In this document: in pieces, positions 30,672-41,627 of the stretch
Layout: the number at the start of each line of letters is the position of its first letter
How positions within the stretch are numbered: the stretch's first letter is position 1
Program-made: the position numbers and the translations under genes
The notes under the pieces: generated by a model
Databases searched by the model: none
What the model was told of the DNA's origin: nothing
The model's input: only the letters and a program-made list of their open reading frames with translations
Source: Chitinophagaceae bacterium
Lineage (GTDB): Bacteria > Bacteroidota > Bacteroidia > Chitinophagales > Chitinophagaceae
Length of the DNA: 64,000 nt
Direction of reading: 5' to 3'
NCBI GenBank assembly: GCA_947452965.1
Contig: CANGEW010000004.1
Coordinates: 22,955-86,954 of the forward strand

Positions 30672-31742
30672 ATGACAAAAGAAGCTATTTTACAAGCGCT
30701 AAGCAATGTGCAAGAACCTGATCTCGGAAAAGATTTAGTAACATTAAATATGATAACCGATATCTCTATAGAGGAGAATAATGTTTCTTTTACTATCATA
30801 TTAACTACACCTGCCTGTCCAATGAAGGATATGATGAAAACAGCATGTGTTAATGCTATTCATCTGTTAGTGAATAAGGAAGCAAATGTAACGGTTAACT
30901 TCACAAGTAATACCAGTACAAATCGATTGGATACCAAAACAGTTTTGGGTGGCGTGAAAAATATTATTGCGGTGGTAAGTGGTAAAGGGGGTGTGGGAAA
31001 AAGTACAGTTGCAGCAAATTTAGCGCTCAGTATTGCTGAAAGTGGAGCAAGTGTGGGACTCATGGATGCAGATATTTATGGACCTAGTCAACACATTATG
31101 TTTGGAATCAGGGGTGAACGACCAATGATGAGAGATGTAGATGGTAAAGGATTGATTGCACCTATTGAAAAGTATGGAATTAAAGTAATGAGTATTGGAT
31201 TGCTGATAGACGAAAAACAAGCTGTAGTATGGAGAGGTCCTATGGTAAGCAGTGCTATTCGTCAATTTGTAAGTGATGTAGATTGGGGTGATTTGGATTA
31301 TTTAATTATTGATATGCCGCCTGGTACAGGAGATATTCATTTAACCATCATGCAAAATGTGCCAGTAACAGGCGTTATCGTGGTTACCACGCCTCAATTA
31401 GTAGCATTGGCAGATGCAAAAAAAGGAATTGCCATGTTTGGTCAAGTTCAATTAAAAGTGCCAGTTATTGGGATGGTAGAAAATATGAGTTATTTCACCC
31501 CGGCAGAATTACCAAACAACAGATATTATATTTTTGGTAAAGAAGGGGGTAAAAATATGGCGGAAGAATTTGATATTCCTTTTTTAGGTCAAATCCCGTT
31601 GGTACAAAGTATCAGAGAAGGTGGTGATATCGGAACTCCAATAATGGTAAGTGATGATGAAATAAGTAAAATTGCTTTTAAAGAATTTACTGCCAATGCA
31701 ATCAGAGGAATTGCCATAAAAAATGCAGGCGTTGTAGGATGA
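30672..31742 (+). CDS. mrp: Mrp/NBP35 Fe-S cluster carrier ATPase
   Basis: N-terminal DUF59 (LTTPACP), SGKGGVGKST, DADIYGPS, WRGPM, DMPPGTGD, ENMS. Confidence 0.95.
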   Translation: MTKEAILQALSNVQEPDLGKDLVTLNMITDISIEENNVSFTIILTTPACPMKDMMKTACVNAIHLLVNKEANVTVNFTSNTSTNRLDTKTVLGGVKNIIAVVSGKGGVGKSTVAANLALSIAESGASVGLMDADIYGPSQHIMFGIRGERPMMRDVDGKGLIAPIEKYGIKVMSIGLLIDEKQAVVWRGPMVSSAIRQFVSDVDWGDLDYLIIDMPPGTGDIHLTIMQNVPVTGVIVVTTPQLVALADAKKGIAMFGQVQLKVPVIGMVENMSYFTPAELPNNRYYIFGKEGGKNMAEEFDIPFLGQIPLVQSIREGGDIGTPIMVSDDEISKIAFKEFTANAIRGIAIKNAGVVG

Positions 31743-31777
31743 TTTTAATAATACACAAACGGTATAAATGACACAAG

Positions 31778-33076
31778 ATGAATACATCCATTTCATTTTC
31801 TAACACTTTAACTTGCGCTCAGCAGTTGGACCAGCAAGATTCTTTACATAGCTTTAGAGATAAATTTTATATCCCAATAGTTAATGGAAAAGAGTGTTAT
31901 TATTTTACCGGAAATTCATTAGGACTTCAACCCAAAACTGCACAAGATTACGTTTTGAATGAATTAGAAGACTGGGCTAATTATGGCACTGAAGGCTATT
32001 TTCACGCAAGAAACCCTTGGGTAGATTATCATGATTTATTCCCAAATTTAGTGGCTGATATTGTAGGGGCTTTGCCAGAAGAAGTAGTAGTCATGAATCA
32101 GTTAACTGTTAATTTGCATTTGCTAATGGTTAGCTTTTACAGACCCACCCAAGATAGATTTAAAATCATTTGCGAGGCAAAAGCTTTTCCGTCAGATCAA
32201 TATGCATTTCATTCTCAAGTTTTATTTCATGGATTGAATCCTGCAGATGCGATTATTGAAGTGGGGCCAAGAGAAGGAACAGATTATATCGAGCCAAGCG
32301 ATATTTTAGAGGCAATAAAAAAACATGGCAATGAAACGGCTTTGGTTTTATTTGGCGGCGTAAATTACTATAACGGACAATTGTTTGATTTAAAAGCTAT
32401 CACAAAAGCTGCTCATGAAATTGGCGCATTGTGTGGTTTTGATTTGGCTCACGCTGCAGGCAACGTACATTTAGAGTTACATGAATGGGATGTTGACTTT
32501 GCATGTTGGTGTACCTATAAATATTTAAATAGTGGCCCAGCAGGTGTGGCAGGAGCATTCATTCATCAACGTCATATATTTAATTCTCAACTACCTAGAT
32601 TTGCAGGCTGGTGGGGGCATAACAGAGAAACCCGTTTTAAAATGGGAAAAGAATTTGACCCTATCCCAACAGCAGAAGGTTGGCAGTTAAGCAATACTTC
32701 AATATTGTCTATGGCGGCACATAAGGCATCTTTAGATATTTTTGCAGAAGCTGGCATGCATAATTTGGTAAAAAAAGGAAAGCATCTTAGTGCCTATTTA
32801 ATTTATATTTTAGATCAAATCAATCAACAATTTGAAGAAGCAGTTTTGAAAGTAATTACTCCTATAAACGATAATGAAAGAGGCTGTCAAGTTTCAATTC
32901 AATTGAAACAACACGGAAGAAAAATATTTGATGAACTAAAAAAAGAAGGTGTGATTGCGGATTGGCGAGAGCCCGATGTGATTCGAGTAACGCCTGTGCC
33001 ATTATATAACAGATATGAAGACGTGTATCAATTTGGATGCATTCTTCAAAAATTAATCATTCAATTCTCTGCATAG
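31778..33076 (+). CDS. kynU: Kynureninase
   Basis: YFTGNSLGLQP, MNQLTVNLHLL, AFPSDQYA, DLAHAAGN, WCTYKYLNSGP, GWWGH. Confidence 0.96.
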   Translation: MNTSISFSNTLTCAQQLDQQDSLHSFRDKFYIPIVNGKECYYFTGNSLGLQPKTAQDYVLNELEDWANYGTEGYFHARNPWVDYHDLFPNLVADIVGALPEEVVVMNQLTVNLHLLMVSFYRPTQDRFKIICEAKAFPSDQYAFHSQVLFHGLNPADAIIEVGPREGTDYIEPSDILEAIKKHGNETALVLFGGVNYYNGQLFDLKAITKAAHEIGALCGFDLAHAAGNVHLELHEWDVDFACWCTYKYLNSGPAGVAGAFIHQRHIFNSQLPRFAGWWGHNRETRFKMGKEFDPIPTAEGWQLSNTSILSMAAHKASLDIFAEAGMHNLVKKGKHLSAYLIYILDQINQQFEEAVLKVITPINDNERGCQVSIQLKQHGRKIFDELKKEGVIADWREPDVIRVTPVPLYNRYEDVYQFGCILQKLIIQFSA

Positions 33077-33083
33077 TTATTTT

Positions 33084-33890
33084 ATGAAACGTAGTTTATT
33101 AGTACAGCAAATCAATAATAAAAAATCTTTTCTTTGTGTGGGGCTGGATACAGATTTAGAAAAAGTGCCTGATTATTTTAGATCTCGCCCTAATGGGATT
33201 GTTGAATTCAATAAACAAATAATTGATGCAACAAAAGACTATTGTGTATCTTATAAAATCAATACTGCATTCTATGAGTCAATGGGGGCAAGGGGCTGGG
33301 ATGCAATGGAAGAAACCTGCAGTTATATACCCGAAACTCATTTCAAAATTGCAGATGCAAAGAGAGCTGATATTGGTAATACTTCTTCTTATTATGCAAA
33401 GGCCTTTTTTGAGAAATTAAATTTTGATGCCATAACGGTAGCTCCTTATATGGGAGAAGATAGCATTCGACCCTTTTTAGAATATGAAAATAAATGGACT
33501 ATCATGCTAGGATTAACCAGTAATCAGGGCGCTCAAGATTTTGAATTATTGAAGTTGCAGAATGGTTTGTTATTATACGAGCGTGTATTAGAGACCGTTA
33601 GTAAATGGGGATCGGATCAAAATCTTATGTTTGTAGTAGGAGCCACTCAAGCATCTGAATTAGCTAATATCCGAAAAATTATCCCCAATCATTTTCTATT
33701 GGTGCCTGGGGTAGGTGCTCAAGGAGGAAGTTTGTTGGAGGTTGCTACTTATGGAATGAATCCAGATATTGGGCTGCTAGTCAATGCATCGAGGGCCATT
33801 ATTTATGCGGATAATGGCGCCGATTTTGCCTCGAAAGCTCAACAAGTAGCCTTGGAGTATCAAAACGAAATGAAACAATTTTTCAGGTAA
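33084..33890 (+). CDS. pyrF: Orotidine-5'-phosphate decarboxylase (subfamily 2)
   Basis: LCVGLD, IADAKRADIGNTS, VVGAT, LVPGVGAQGG, NASR. Confidence 0.96.
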   Translation: MKRSLLVQQINNKKSFLCVGLDTDLEKVPDYFRSRPNGIVEFNKQIIDATKDYCVSYKINTAFYESMGARGWDAMEETCSYIPETHFKIADAKRADIGNTSSYYAKAFFEKLNFDAITVAPYMGEDSIRPFLEYENKWTIMLGLTSNQGAQDFELLKLQNGLLLYERVLETVSKWGSDQNLMFVVGATQASELANIRKIIPNHFLLVPGVGAQGGSLLEVATYGMNPDIGLLVNASRAIIYADNGADFASKAQQVALEYQNEMKQFFR

Positions 33891-34009
33891 TGAGTTGCTT
33901 GTTTTTTAACAAATCATACTAATTGTTGGATAGGGTACAAAGGTTATAAAATACCGCTTAAAACCAACGAAATCTTACACAAAAGGTTATTGTTCATACA
34001 AATCGCGTG

Positions 34010-34017
34010 TATATTTG
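34010..34017 (+). promoter_or_regulatory. -7 promoter element (TATATTTG) for gcdH
   Basis: TAnnTTTG consensus, 31 nt upstream of the ATG. Confidence 0.6.
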
Positions 34018-34048
34018 TGTTATTTATTTTCAATTAATTTAAATTAAG

Positions 34049-35233
34049 ATGGCTACAAAAACCGATCAATTTCAATCGCCTGATTATTTTGGTGTTGATG
34101 AGTTGCTAACGGAGGAACATAGACTCATTAGAGAAACGGTTCGTAATTATGTGAAGAAAGAAATCTCTCCGATTATAGAGGATTTTGCTCAAAGAGCCGA
34201 ATTTCCACAACACATTGTAAAGCAGTTGGGTGAATTGGGCTGTTTTGGCCCCACGGTACCTGAACAATATGGTGGCGGTGGCTTAGATTACATTGCTTAT
34301 GGATTAATGATGCAGGAGTTAGAACGTGGAGACAGTGGCGTTCGCTCTACAGCATCTGTTCAAGGCAGTTTAGTGATGTTTCCAATTTATCAATATGGCA
34401 GTGAAGAACAACGCAATAAATATTTACCAAAATTAGCAAGTGGAGAATGGTTGGGTTGTTTTGGTTTAACAGAGCCGAATCATGGAAGCGATCCTGGTGG
34501 TATGCTCACAAATATTAAAGATGCGGGAGATCATGTTATATTGAATGGAGCTAAGATGTGGATCAGCAATGCTCCTTTTTCACAAGTGGCAGTTGTATGG
34601 GCAAAAGACGAGGCTGGAGATATCAGAGGTGTAATCGTTGAAAGAGGCATGGAAGGATTTTCTACACCTACTACACATGGAAAATGGAGTTTACGCGCCA
34701 GTGCTACAGGAGAATTGGTATTTGACAACGTAAAAGTACCCAAAGAAAATATTTTACCTAATATAAAAGGATTAAAGGGGCCATTGGGATGTTTGACTAA
34801 AGCAAGATATGGTATTGCATGGGGTGCTGTGGGTGCCGCAATGGATTGTTATGATATTGCTTTAAATTATAGCAAAGAAAGAATTCAATTTGGTAAACCC
34901 ATTGGAGGATTTCAATTGCAACAAAAAAAATTAGCAGAAATGCTTACAGAAATCACAAAAGCGCAATTGCTGAATTGGCGTTTGGGTGTGTTGATGAATG
35001 AAGGTAAAGTAACACCTGCTCAAGTAAGTATGGCAAAAAGAAATGCTTGTGAAATAGCTACAAATATTTGTAGAGATGCACGCCAAATGCTTGGTGGAAT
35101 GGGCATCACAGGGGAGTATCCAATTATGCGTCATATGATGAATTTGGAAAGTGTTATCACTTATGAAGGAACTCATGATATACATTTGCTGATCACGGGA
35201 ATGGATATCACAGGTATGAATGCTTTTAAATAA
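34049..35233 (+). CDS. gcdH: Glutaryl-CoA dehydrogenase (acyl-CoA dehydrogenase family)
   Basis: ELERGDSGVRS, GCFGLTEPNHGSDP, ARYGIAWG, NLESVITYEGTHDIH. Confidence 0.88.
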   Translation: MATKTDQFQSPDYFGVDELLTEEHRLIRETVRNYVKKEISPIIEDFAQRAEFPQHIVKQLGELGCFGPTVPEQYGGGGLDYIAYGLMMQELERGDSGVRSTASVQGSLVMFPIYQYGSEEQRNKYLPKLASGEWLGCFGLTEPNHGSDPGGMLTNIKDAGDHVILNGAKMWISNAPFSQVAVVWAKDEAGDIRGVIVERGMEGFSTPTTHGKWSLRASATGELVFDNVKVPKENILPNIKGLKGPLGCLTKARYGIAWGAVGAAMDCYDIALNYSKERIQFGKPIGGFQLQQKKLAEMLTEITKAQLLNWRLGVLMNEGKVTPAQVSMAKRNACEIATNICRDARQMLGGMGITGEYPIMRHMMNLESVITYEGTHDIHLLITGMDITGMNAFK

Positions 35234-35313
35234 AACTATTCGGATAGCGTGTAGTAGCATAACTTCATTAGAAACGACTAAAATATTTTTGTATATAATT
35301 CAATAGTCTTCGT

Positions 35314-36207
35314 ATGGAAATAAAAAATATCAGCGTAATTGGAGCCGGAACAATGGGCAATGGTATTGCGCATGTATTTGCTCAAACTGGTTTTATGGTT
35401 ACATTGATAGATGTAAATCAAGCTCAGTTGGATAAAGCCATTGCTACTATTTCTAAAAACTTAGACCGACAAGTTGCAAAAGAAATTATTTCTCAGGAGT
35501 TAAAAGAAATCACATTACAAAATATCACTACTGTAAACAATATCGCAGAAGGTGTTAAACATGCCGACTTAGTGGTAGAAGCCGCTACAGAAAATCAATT
35601 ATTGAAACTAGATATTTTTAAACAAATAGATGCTTCAGCTCCAGAGGGATGTATTTTAGCCACCAACACTTCATCTATATCCATTACCAAAATTGCATCT
35701 GTTACCAAAAGGCCCGCTTCCGTAATTGGCATGCATTTTATGAATCCTGTTCCGGTAATGAAACTAGTAGAAATCATAAATGGGTATGCAACAAGTAAAC
35801 ATGTTAATGAAACGATCACCAATCTTAGCAAACGTTTGGGTAAAGTGCCTTGTACTGTAAATGATTATCCTGGTTTTATTGCTAATAGGATTTTGATGCC
35901 AATGATTAATGAAGCTATTTATAGTTTATTTGAAGGGGTGGCAGGTGTTGAAGAGATTGATACGGTTATGAAATTAGGTATGGCTCATCCAATGGGACCT
36001 TTACAATTAGCTGATTTTATAGGTTTGGATGTTTGTTTGAGTATATTGAAAGTACTGCACGAAGGATTTGGCAATCCAAAATATGCGCCATGTCCTCTGT
36101 TGATTAATATGGTAACTGCCGGAAAATTAGGTATTAAATCTGGAGAAGGATTTTATTCGTATACACCTGGCAGTAAGGAATTAGTAGTAAGCGCTAGCTT
36201 TTTGTAA
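35314..36207 (+). CDS. hbd: 3-hydroxybutyryl-CoA dehydrogenase
   Basis: GAGTMGNGIA, ATNTSSISIT, GMHFMNPVP, HPMGPLQLADFIGLD. Confidence 0.92.
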   Translation: MEIKNISVIGAGTMGNGIAHVFAQTGFMVTLIDVNQAQLDKAIATISKNLDRQVAKEIISQELKEITLQNITTVNNIAEGVKHADLVVEAATENQLLKLDIFKQIDASAPEGCILATNTSSISITKIASVTKRPASVIGMHFMNPVPVMKLVEIINGYATSKHVNETITNLSKRLGKVPCTVNDYPGFIANRILMPMINEAIYSLFEGVAGVEEIDTVMKLGMAHPMGPLQLADFIGLDVCLSILKVLHEGFGNPKYAPCPLLINMVTAGKLGIKSGEGFYSYTPGSKELVVSASFL

Positions 36208-36306
36208 AATTCTTCAAGCTTTTGAATCCGTTTACATCTTTCCAACTGCTTGAATATATCCAGTTTGAAATAATTTAAAATCTTTTCTTTTTTATAGTTT
36301 TACAAT

Positions 36307-36828
36307 ATGCGAATTTTTCTGATTGGATTTATGGGTTCTGGAAAATCACATTGGGGTAAAATATGGGCAGCAGCCACAAATATGACCTGGTATGATATTG
36401 ATACAATCATTGAAGAGGATGAACAATTGTCAATAGAGCAGATATTTGAAAAAAAAGGTGTTCAATACTTCAGACAAAAAGAAGCAGCAATATTAAGAAG
36501 TATGGTAGATTATAACAATTGTATTATTTCCTGTGGGGGAGGGACTGCATGTTATGAAAATAATATGAATTGGATGCTTGCAAATGGCAAAACAGTCTAT
36601 TTGAAAGCAGATGCAGAATGGTTGCTTAACAATATGATTAATGAATTAGACAAACGGCCCTTATTTAAAAACATGGACCAGCATGAATTGATAAATTTTA
36701 TCAATACCATGCTAACGGAAAGAAATCCGTTTTATCATCAAGCCTCGTTGGTATTTGATGCCGACCAATTGAATCCGTCTTCTATTTATCAAATCCTTCA
36801 ATACACAGAAGATAATACCTATGCATAA
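36307..36828 (+). CDS. aroK: Shikimate kinase
   Basis: LIGFMGSGKS, FRQKE, SCGGG, RPL. Confidence 0.92.
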   Translation: MRIFLIGFMGSGKSHWGKIWAAATNMTWYDIDTIIEEDEQLSIEQIFEKKGVQYFRQKEAAILRSMVDYNNCIISCGGGTACYENNMNWMLANGKTVYLKADAEWLLNNMINELDKRPLFKNMDQHELINFINTMLTERNPFYHQASLVFDADQLNPSSIYQILQYTEDNTYA

Positions 36829-37204
36829 AAAATTTGCAAAACTAGCAATCTGCTTATGTGGATTGAGTGTCATTCTTGGTGCTTTTGCAGCACATGCTTT
36901 GAAAAGCAAATTAAGCGATCACGCTTTGAGTGTTTTTGAAACTGGAGTTAGGTACCAATTTTATCATGGACTTGCCCTTCTTGTCGTAGCCTTTTATTTT
37001 GAAAAGTTACATCAAGTTTGGGCAATAAGGACTTGTAATTTTTTTGTTTGTGGTGTAATCTTGTTTAGCGGCTCGCTCTATTTATTATCTTTAGTAATGC
37101 CTTTTTATAGTGTGATTGGCATGATAACACCGATAGGAGGCCTATGTTTTATTTTAGGATGGGCATCCTTATTATTTGCCATAAAAAATTCAGAAAACAA
37201 CTAA
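36821..37204 (+). CDS. DUF423 (YgdD/TMEM256) membrane protein
   Basis: GAFAAHAL, YQFYH, LFSGSLY, ITPIGG. Confidence 0.92.
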   Translation: MHKKFAKLAICLCGLSVILGAFAAHALKSKLSDHALSVFETGVRYQFYHGLALLVVAFYFEKLHQVWAIRTCNFFVCGVILFSGSLYLLSLVMPFYSVIGMITPIGGLCFILGWASLLFAIKNSENN

Positions 37205-37245
37205 GATTTCACTCTAGAAATAACCGATAAGAAACGGGTATTTAT

Positions 37246-37253
37246 TATATTTG
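37246..37253 (+). promoter_or_regulatory. -7 promoter element (TATATTTG) for ftsK
   Basis: TAnnTTTG, 6 nt upstream of ATG 37260. Confidence 0.55.
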
Positions 37254-37259
37254 TTTGTC

Positions 37260-39689
37260 ATGGCAAAAAAAGAAAAACTTAAAACAAATCAAACTGAAGA
37301 ATTAAAAGAGGAAAAAGCTGCGAAAGTTTCATTCATTCAGTTATTAAAAGACGAACGTACTCACAAAATTTTTGGAAGCGTAATGATTTTAATCGCTGCT
37401 TTTTTGTTTGTGGCGTTTACTTCTTACCTGTTTACTTGGGATGAAGATCAAGACAAGGTATTTCAAGAAGGTACCAGGATGCTATGGGGTACAAATACAG
37501 AAGTGTCTAATTTATTGGGAACCTTAGGCGCATTCACATCAAATTATTTCATTTATGATGGATTTGGTATTGCCTCTTATCTTTTTTGCACTTTCTTTTT
37601 TGTAGCAGGCGTTAACCTGTTTTTCAGCAAGCGAATCTTTAATATTTATAGAAACATAAGGTATATTATCATAGGGCTGCCTTTATTAAGTGTAACCGCT
37701 ACCGCTATTGCCGGATCCAGTGCTTTTTCTTGGGGAGGAGCTGTTGGTGAATTATGCAAAGGGTATTTAATGACAACTATTGGCTCGTTTGGGACATTTA
37801 GTTTAATTTTTATTTCTTTTCTTGCATATGTCATTTGGAGGTTTAATCCGCCATTCAGCAAGTTATTACCTAAGCCTAAGGAAATCATTGATCCTATAGA
37901 ATCTAATTCAGAAATAATCACGGATACTCCGGTTGAAAAAACTGAAAAACCAACCTCCGGAAATTTTATGTCTCCTCCAGTTGAGGAACCCCAAATGCAG
38001 GTAACTATATTAGAAGAAACGCCTGTCGTTTCTGAAGAATTAATGATCGAAAAACCTTTGCCTATCAATACGGCGAAATCAAAATCCACTGTTGACGAAA
38101 CAGGAGATTTACAATTGGAAATCAAAACAGCGGATGAGATATCTGTAGAAAAACCAACTGCAGAAAAGGTTGCGGCATTAAAGCCGTATGATCCAATTTT
38201 AGATTTACGCGATTATAAATTTCCTTCTTTGAATTTGCTTGAAAATCATGGAAGTGAAAAAATTGTTCAAGATGCGAATGAATTAGAGACAAACAAAAAT
38301 CAAATTATTAATACGTTAAAAAACTACGATATTGATATTCAAAAAATTTCTGCCACAGTTGGACCTACCGTTACCTTGTATGAAATCATTCCAGCAGCAG
38401 GAGTTCGTATTTCAAGAATTAAAAACTTAGAGGATGACATTGCACTTAGTTTAGCAGCATTAGGCATTCGTATTATTGCGCCTATTCCGGGAAAGGGAAC
38501 CATTGGTATTGAGGTGCCCAATGCAAAGAAGACGATTGTTAGTATGAAAACATTGTTGTCTTCTGAAAAGTTTACAAAGAATAATTTTTCTTTGCCTATT
38601 GCGATTGGTAAAAGAATTGACAATGAGAATTTTATTGTTGACTTAGCCAATATGCCACATCTTTTAATGGCAGGGGCTACGGGTCAAGGTAAATCTGTTG
38701 GACTTAATGCAATTCTGGTTTCCTTGCTTTACAGCAAACATCCTTCTCAGTTGAAGTTTGTGTTAGTCGATCCTAAAAAAGTTGAGTTAAGCATTTATAA
38801 AACTATTGAACGTCACTTTTTGGCGAAATTGCCAGGGGAAGATGATGCTATCATTACCGACACCAAAAAAGTAGTTCACACACTTAATGCTTTGTGTATT
38901 GAGATGGATAATCGCTACGACTTGCTAAAAGAAGCCGGTTGCAGAAATATCAGAGAATACAACGAAAAATTTGTAGCTCGAAAATTAAATCCAGAAAAAG
39001 GCCATCAATTTTTGCCATTTATAGTATTGGTAGTTGATGAGTTTGCTGATTTAATCATGACTGCAGGTAAAGAAGTTGAAATGCCGATTGCCAGACTAGC
39101 TCAGTTGGCCAGAGCGGTTGGAATACATTTAATTATTGCAACACAAAGACCATCGGTGAATATCATTACGGGTACCATAAAAGCAAATTTCCCGGCTCGT
39201 ATAGCCTTTAAAGTGAGTAGCAAGATTGATAGCAGAACGATTTTAGATGCCGGAGGTGCTGAGCAATTAATTGGTAAAGGAGATATGCTAATCAGTTACA
39301 ATGGCGAAATTGTTCGTTTGCAATGTGCTTTTGTTGATACGCCTGAAGTAGATAAAATAGTTGATTTTATTTCAAATCAACTCGGTTACACACAAGCATT
39401 CTTATTGCCTGAATATATTGATGAAAAAGATACAGAGGGTAAAGATTTTGATATAAATGATAAAGATTCATTGTTTGAAGATGCTGCAAGATTAATTGTG
39501 AGTAGCCAAAGTGGCAGCACTTCTTTATTACAGAGACGAATGAAATTAGGATATAACCGCGCAGGCAGGCTGATGGACCAACTGGAGGCAGCAGGCATTG
39601 TTGGTGCTAGTCAGGGTAGTAAAGTAAGAGATGTACTCATTAAAACTGAGGCAGAACTCCAGCAACATTTGGATACCATGGGTGGATAA
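37260..39689 (+). CDS. ftsK: DNA translocase FtsK
   Basis: N-terminal TM domain; GPTVTLYE; PHLLMAGATGQGKS; VVDEFADL; ATQRPS; gamma domain STSLLQRRMKLGYNRAGRL. Confidence 0.97.
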   Translation: MAKKEKLKTNQTEELKEEKAAKVSFIQLLKDERTHKIFGSVMILIAAFLFVAFTSYLFTWDEDQDKVFQEGTRMLWGTNTEVSNLLGTLGAFTSNYFIYDGFGIASYLFCTFFFVAGVNLFFSKRIFNIYRNIRYIIIGLPLLSVTATAIAGSSAFSWGGAVGELCKGYLMTTIGSFGTFSLIFISFLAYVIWRFNPPFSKLLPKPKEIIDPIESNSEIITDTPVEKTEKPTSGNFMSPPVEEPQMQVTILEETPVVSEELMIEKPLPINTAKSKSTVDETGDLQLEIKTADEISVEKPTAEKVAALKPYDPILDLRDYKFPSLNLLENHGSEKIVQDANELETNKNQIINTLKNYDIDIQKISATVGPTVTLYEIIPAAGVRISRIKNLEDDIALSLAALGIRIIAPIPGKGTIGIEVPNAKKTIVSMKTLLSSEKFTKNNFSLPIAIGKRIDNENFIVDLANMPHLLMAGATGQGKSVGLNAILVSLLYSKHPSQLKFVLVDPKKVELSIYKTIERHFLAKLPGEDDAIITDTKKVVHTLNALCIEMDNRYDLLKEAGCRNIREYNEKFVARKLNPEKGHQFLPFIVLVVDEFADLIMTAGKEVEMPIARLAQLARAVGIHLIIATQRPSVNIITGTIKANFPARIAFKVSSKIDSRTILDAGGAEQLIGKGDMLISYNGEIVRLQCAFVDTPEVDKIVDFISNQLGYTQAFLLPEYIDEKDTEGKDFDINDKDSLFEDAARLIVSSQSGSTSLLQRRMKLGYNRAGRLMDQLEAAGIVGASQGSKVRDVLIKTEAELQQHLDTMGG

Positions 39690-39742
39690 TGTAAAAAAAT
39701 AAGGCGTATAAAATTAACATCTAACATCGTTCATTTCATTTC

Positions 39743-40321
39743 ATGTCAAAATTTTTAATAGTAGGACTAGGAAATATTGGCGACGAGTATGCTCATACGC
39801 GTCATAATATTGGTTTTGACATTGTGGCTTCTTTTGTAGCCAAACATGGTGGTAAATTTAAAGAGGATCGTTTAGCATATCAAGCAGAAGTAAAATGGAA
39901 GGGGAAAATATTTGTTTGTGTTTGTCCTACAACTTTTATGAATTTGAGTGGAAGGGCTTTTAAATATTGGATGGACAAAGAAAAAATTCCTGTTGAAAAC
40001 ACCATCACAGTAGTTGATGATTTGGCATTGCCCTTAGACAAAATCAGGGTTCGAAAAGCCGGTACGCATGCTGGTCATAATGGTTTGAGAGACATTCAAA
40101 ATATATTGGGTACCGATATGTATCCTAAAATCAGATTTGGCATTGGCAGTAATTTTCCAAAAGGCCGTCAAGCTGATTTTGTGCTAGGCAAATGGAAGCC
40201 AGAAGAAATTCCTCAAGTGAAATTAAAGATTGAAAAGGCGGTTGAAATTATTGAAAGTATTGCCAGTATTGGGATAGATCAAACTATGACACAATACAAT
40301 AATCTTGTTTTTTCTGTATAA
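39743..40321 (+). CDS. pth: Peptidyl-tRNA hydrolase
   Basis: IVGLGN...Y..TRHNIGF, TFMNLSG, GHNGLRDI. Confidence 0.96.
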   Translation: MSKFLIVGLGNIGDEYAHTRHNIGFDIVASFVAKHGGKFKEDRLAYQAEVKWKGKIFVCVCPTTFMNLSGRAFKYWMDKEKIPVENTITVVDDLALPLDKIRVRKAGTHAGHNGLRDIQNILGTDMYPKIRFGIGSNFPKGRQADFVLGKWKPEEIPQVKLKIEKAVEIIESIASIGIDQTMTQYNNLVFSV

Positions 40322-40413
40322 CAAATTCTTTATTCGATTTCTTTTTTCGCTCCCTTTTGTTTATTTTTGAAATAACGTTCAATCACGCACCCCTTTTAAA
40401 AAGCTAAGTAATA

Positions 40414-41025
40414 ATGAAGATTATTTGCGTTGGAAGAAATTATATTGATCATGCAAAAGAGTTAGGAAATGATGTGCCCGACGAGCCGGTTATTTTCATG
40501 AAGCCTAAAAGTGCGTTAATACAACCCAATTCCCCATTTTATTATCCGGAGTTTACAAATGAGCTACATTATGAATGTGAGCTCGTATTGCGTATTTGCA
40601 AAAATGGTAGATATATTCAACAACGTCATGCACCTAATTACTATAATGCTATCACCGTTGGAATTGATTTTACTGCCAGAGATATCCAACAAGAATTAAA
40701 GAAAAAAGGTTTGCCCTGGGAAAAAGCTAAAGCTTTTGACAATTCTGCTATGATAGGAAAGTTTGTGGAAATGACTTCTATTGCTGATAAAAAAAATATT
40801 GGTTTTTCTTTTACAAAAAATGGAGAGGAAGTTCAAGTGGGAAATTCAAAAGATATGATTTTTAGTTTTGACGTGCTCGTGGCACATATTTCAAATTACT
40901 TCTCATTAAATATCGGCGATGTTATATTTACCGGAACACCCGCAGGGGTTGGAGAATGTTCTGTAGGAGATGAGCTAGAAGGCTTTTTAGGTCCAGATAG
41001 TTTATTCAAATTGGAAGTAAAATAA
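40414..41025 (+). CDS. Fumarylacetoacetate hydrolase family protein (YcgM-like)
   Basis: CVGRNY.DHAKE, HYECEL, DFTARD, GDVIFTGTPAG. Confidence 0.92.
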   Translation: MKIICVGRNYIDHAKELGNDVPDEPVIFMKPKSALIQPNSPFYYPEFTNELHYECELVLRICKNGRYIQQRHAPNYYNAITVGIDFTARDIQQELKKKGLPWEKAKAFDNSAMIGKFVEMTSIADKKNIGFSFTKNGEEVQVGNSKDMIFSFDVLVAHISNYFSLNIGDVIFTGTPAGVGECSVGDELEGFLGPDSLFKLEVK

Positions 41026-41040
41026 CCTTCCCCTTTTACC

Positions 41041-41424
41041 CTATTCGCCTTCATAAAAATCTTTTAAAGCAGCCATGTATACTTCTTCCCATCCAGTTAC
41101 AATTTCATTATAGGCTTCATCTGGAATATTGGTATGACGAACCTCAACAGAGGTTTTTTGTTTATCGGCATGCAATAATATGGTTACTATAGAAGGTGTT
41201 TCTTGTTCTCCAAAATACCATTCCTGTTCAATTTTTTTTCCAGGGGTAAATGAGATGTTTTTGCCAACAATGCTATCTTCCCACAATGAAAACTCTGTGC
41301 CTTCTATCGGCTCCATGATGGCATTGGCACCTGTCCATAATTGAATAGTGGATGCGTTGGTTAAGGCGCTGTAAATAATTTCCGGCTCGGCGTTAATGGT
41401 GAAATATTTTTTAAAATCTCTCAT
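41041..41424 (-). CDS. SRPBCC/Aha1-like domain protein
   Basis: IYSALT, FSLW, KIEQEW, SIVTI.L, GW...Y. Confidence 0.85.
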   Translation of the reverse strand: MRDFKKYFTINAEPEIIYSALTNASTIQLWTGANAIMEPIEGTEFSLWEDSIVGKNISFTPGKKIEQEWYFGEQETPSIVTILLHADKQKTSVEVRHTNIPDEAYNEIVTGWEEVYMAALKDFYEGE

Positions 41425-41627
41425 ATCAATCAGATTGTATTTTTAAACAAATAGTTTATTATTTATTATTTAATGTTGTGATTTGGTTAATTCGTTCTTT
41501 TTAATAGAATGAATTGCTTTTTAACAACCCCACTAAAAATCAAGTCTGTATATTTATAGTAGGATTATTTTTTAATCTGCTGTATATTAGTGACCAAATT
41601 AAAGTATTAATGATCAATTACATCATA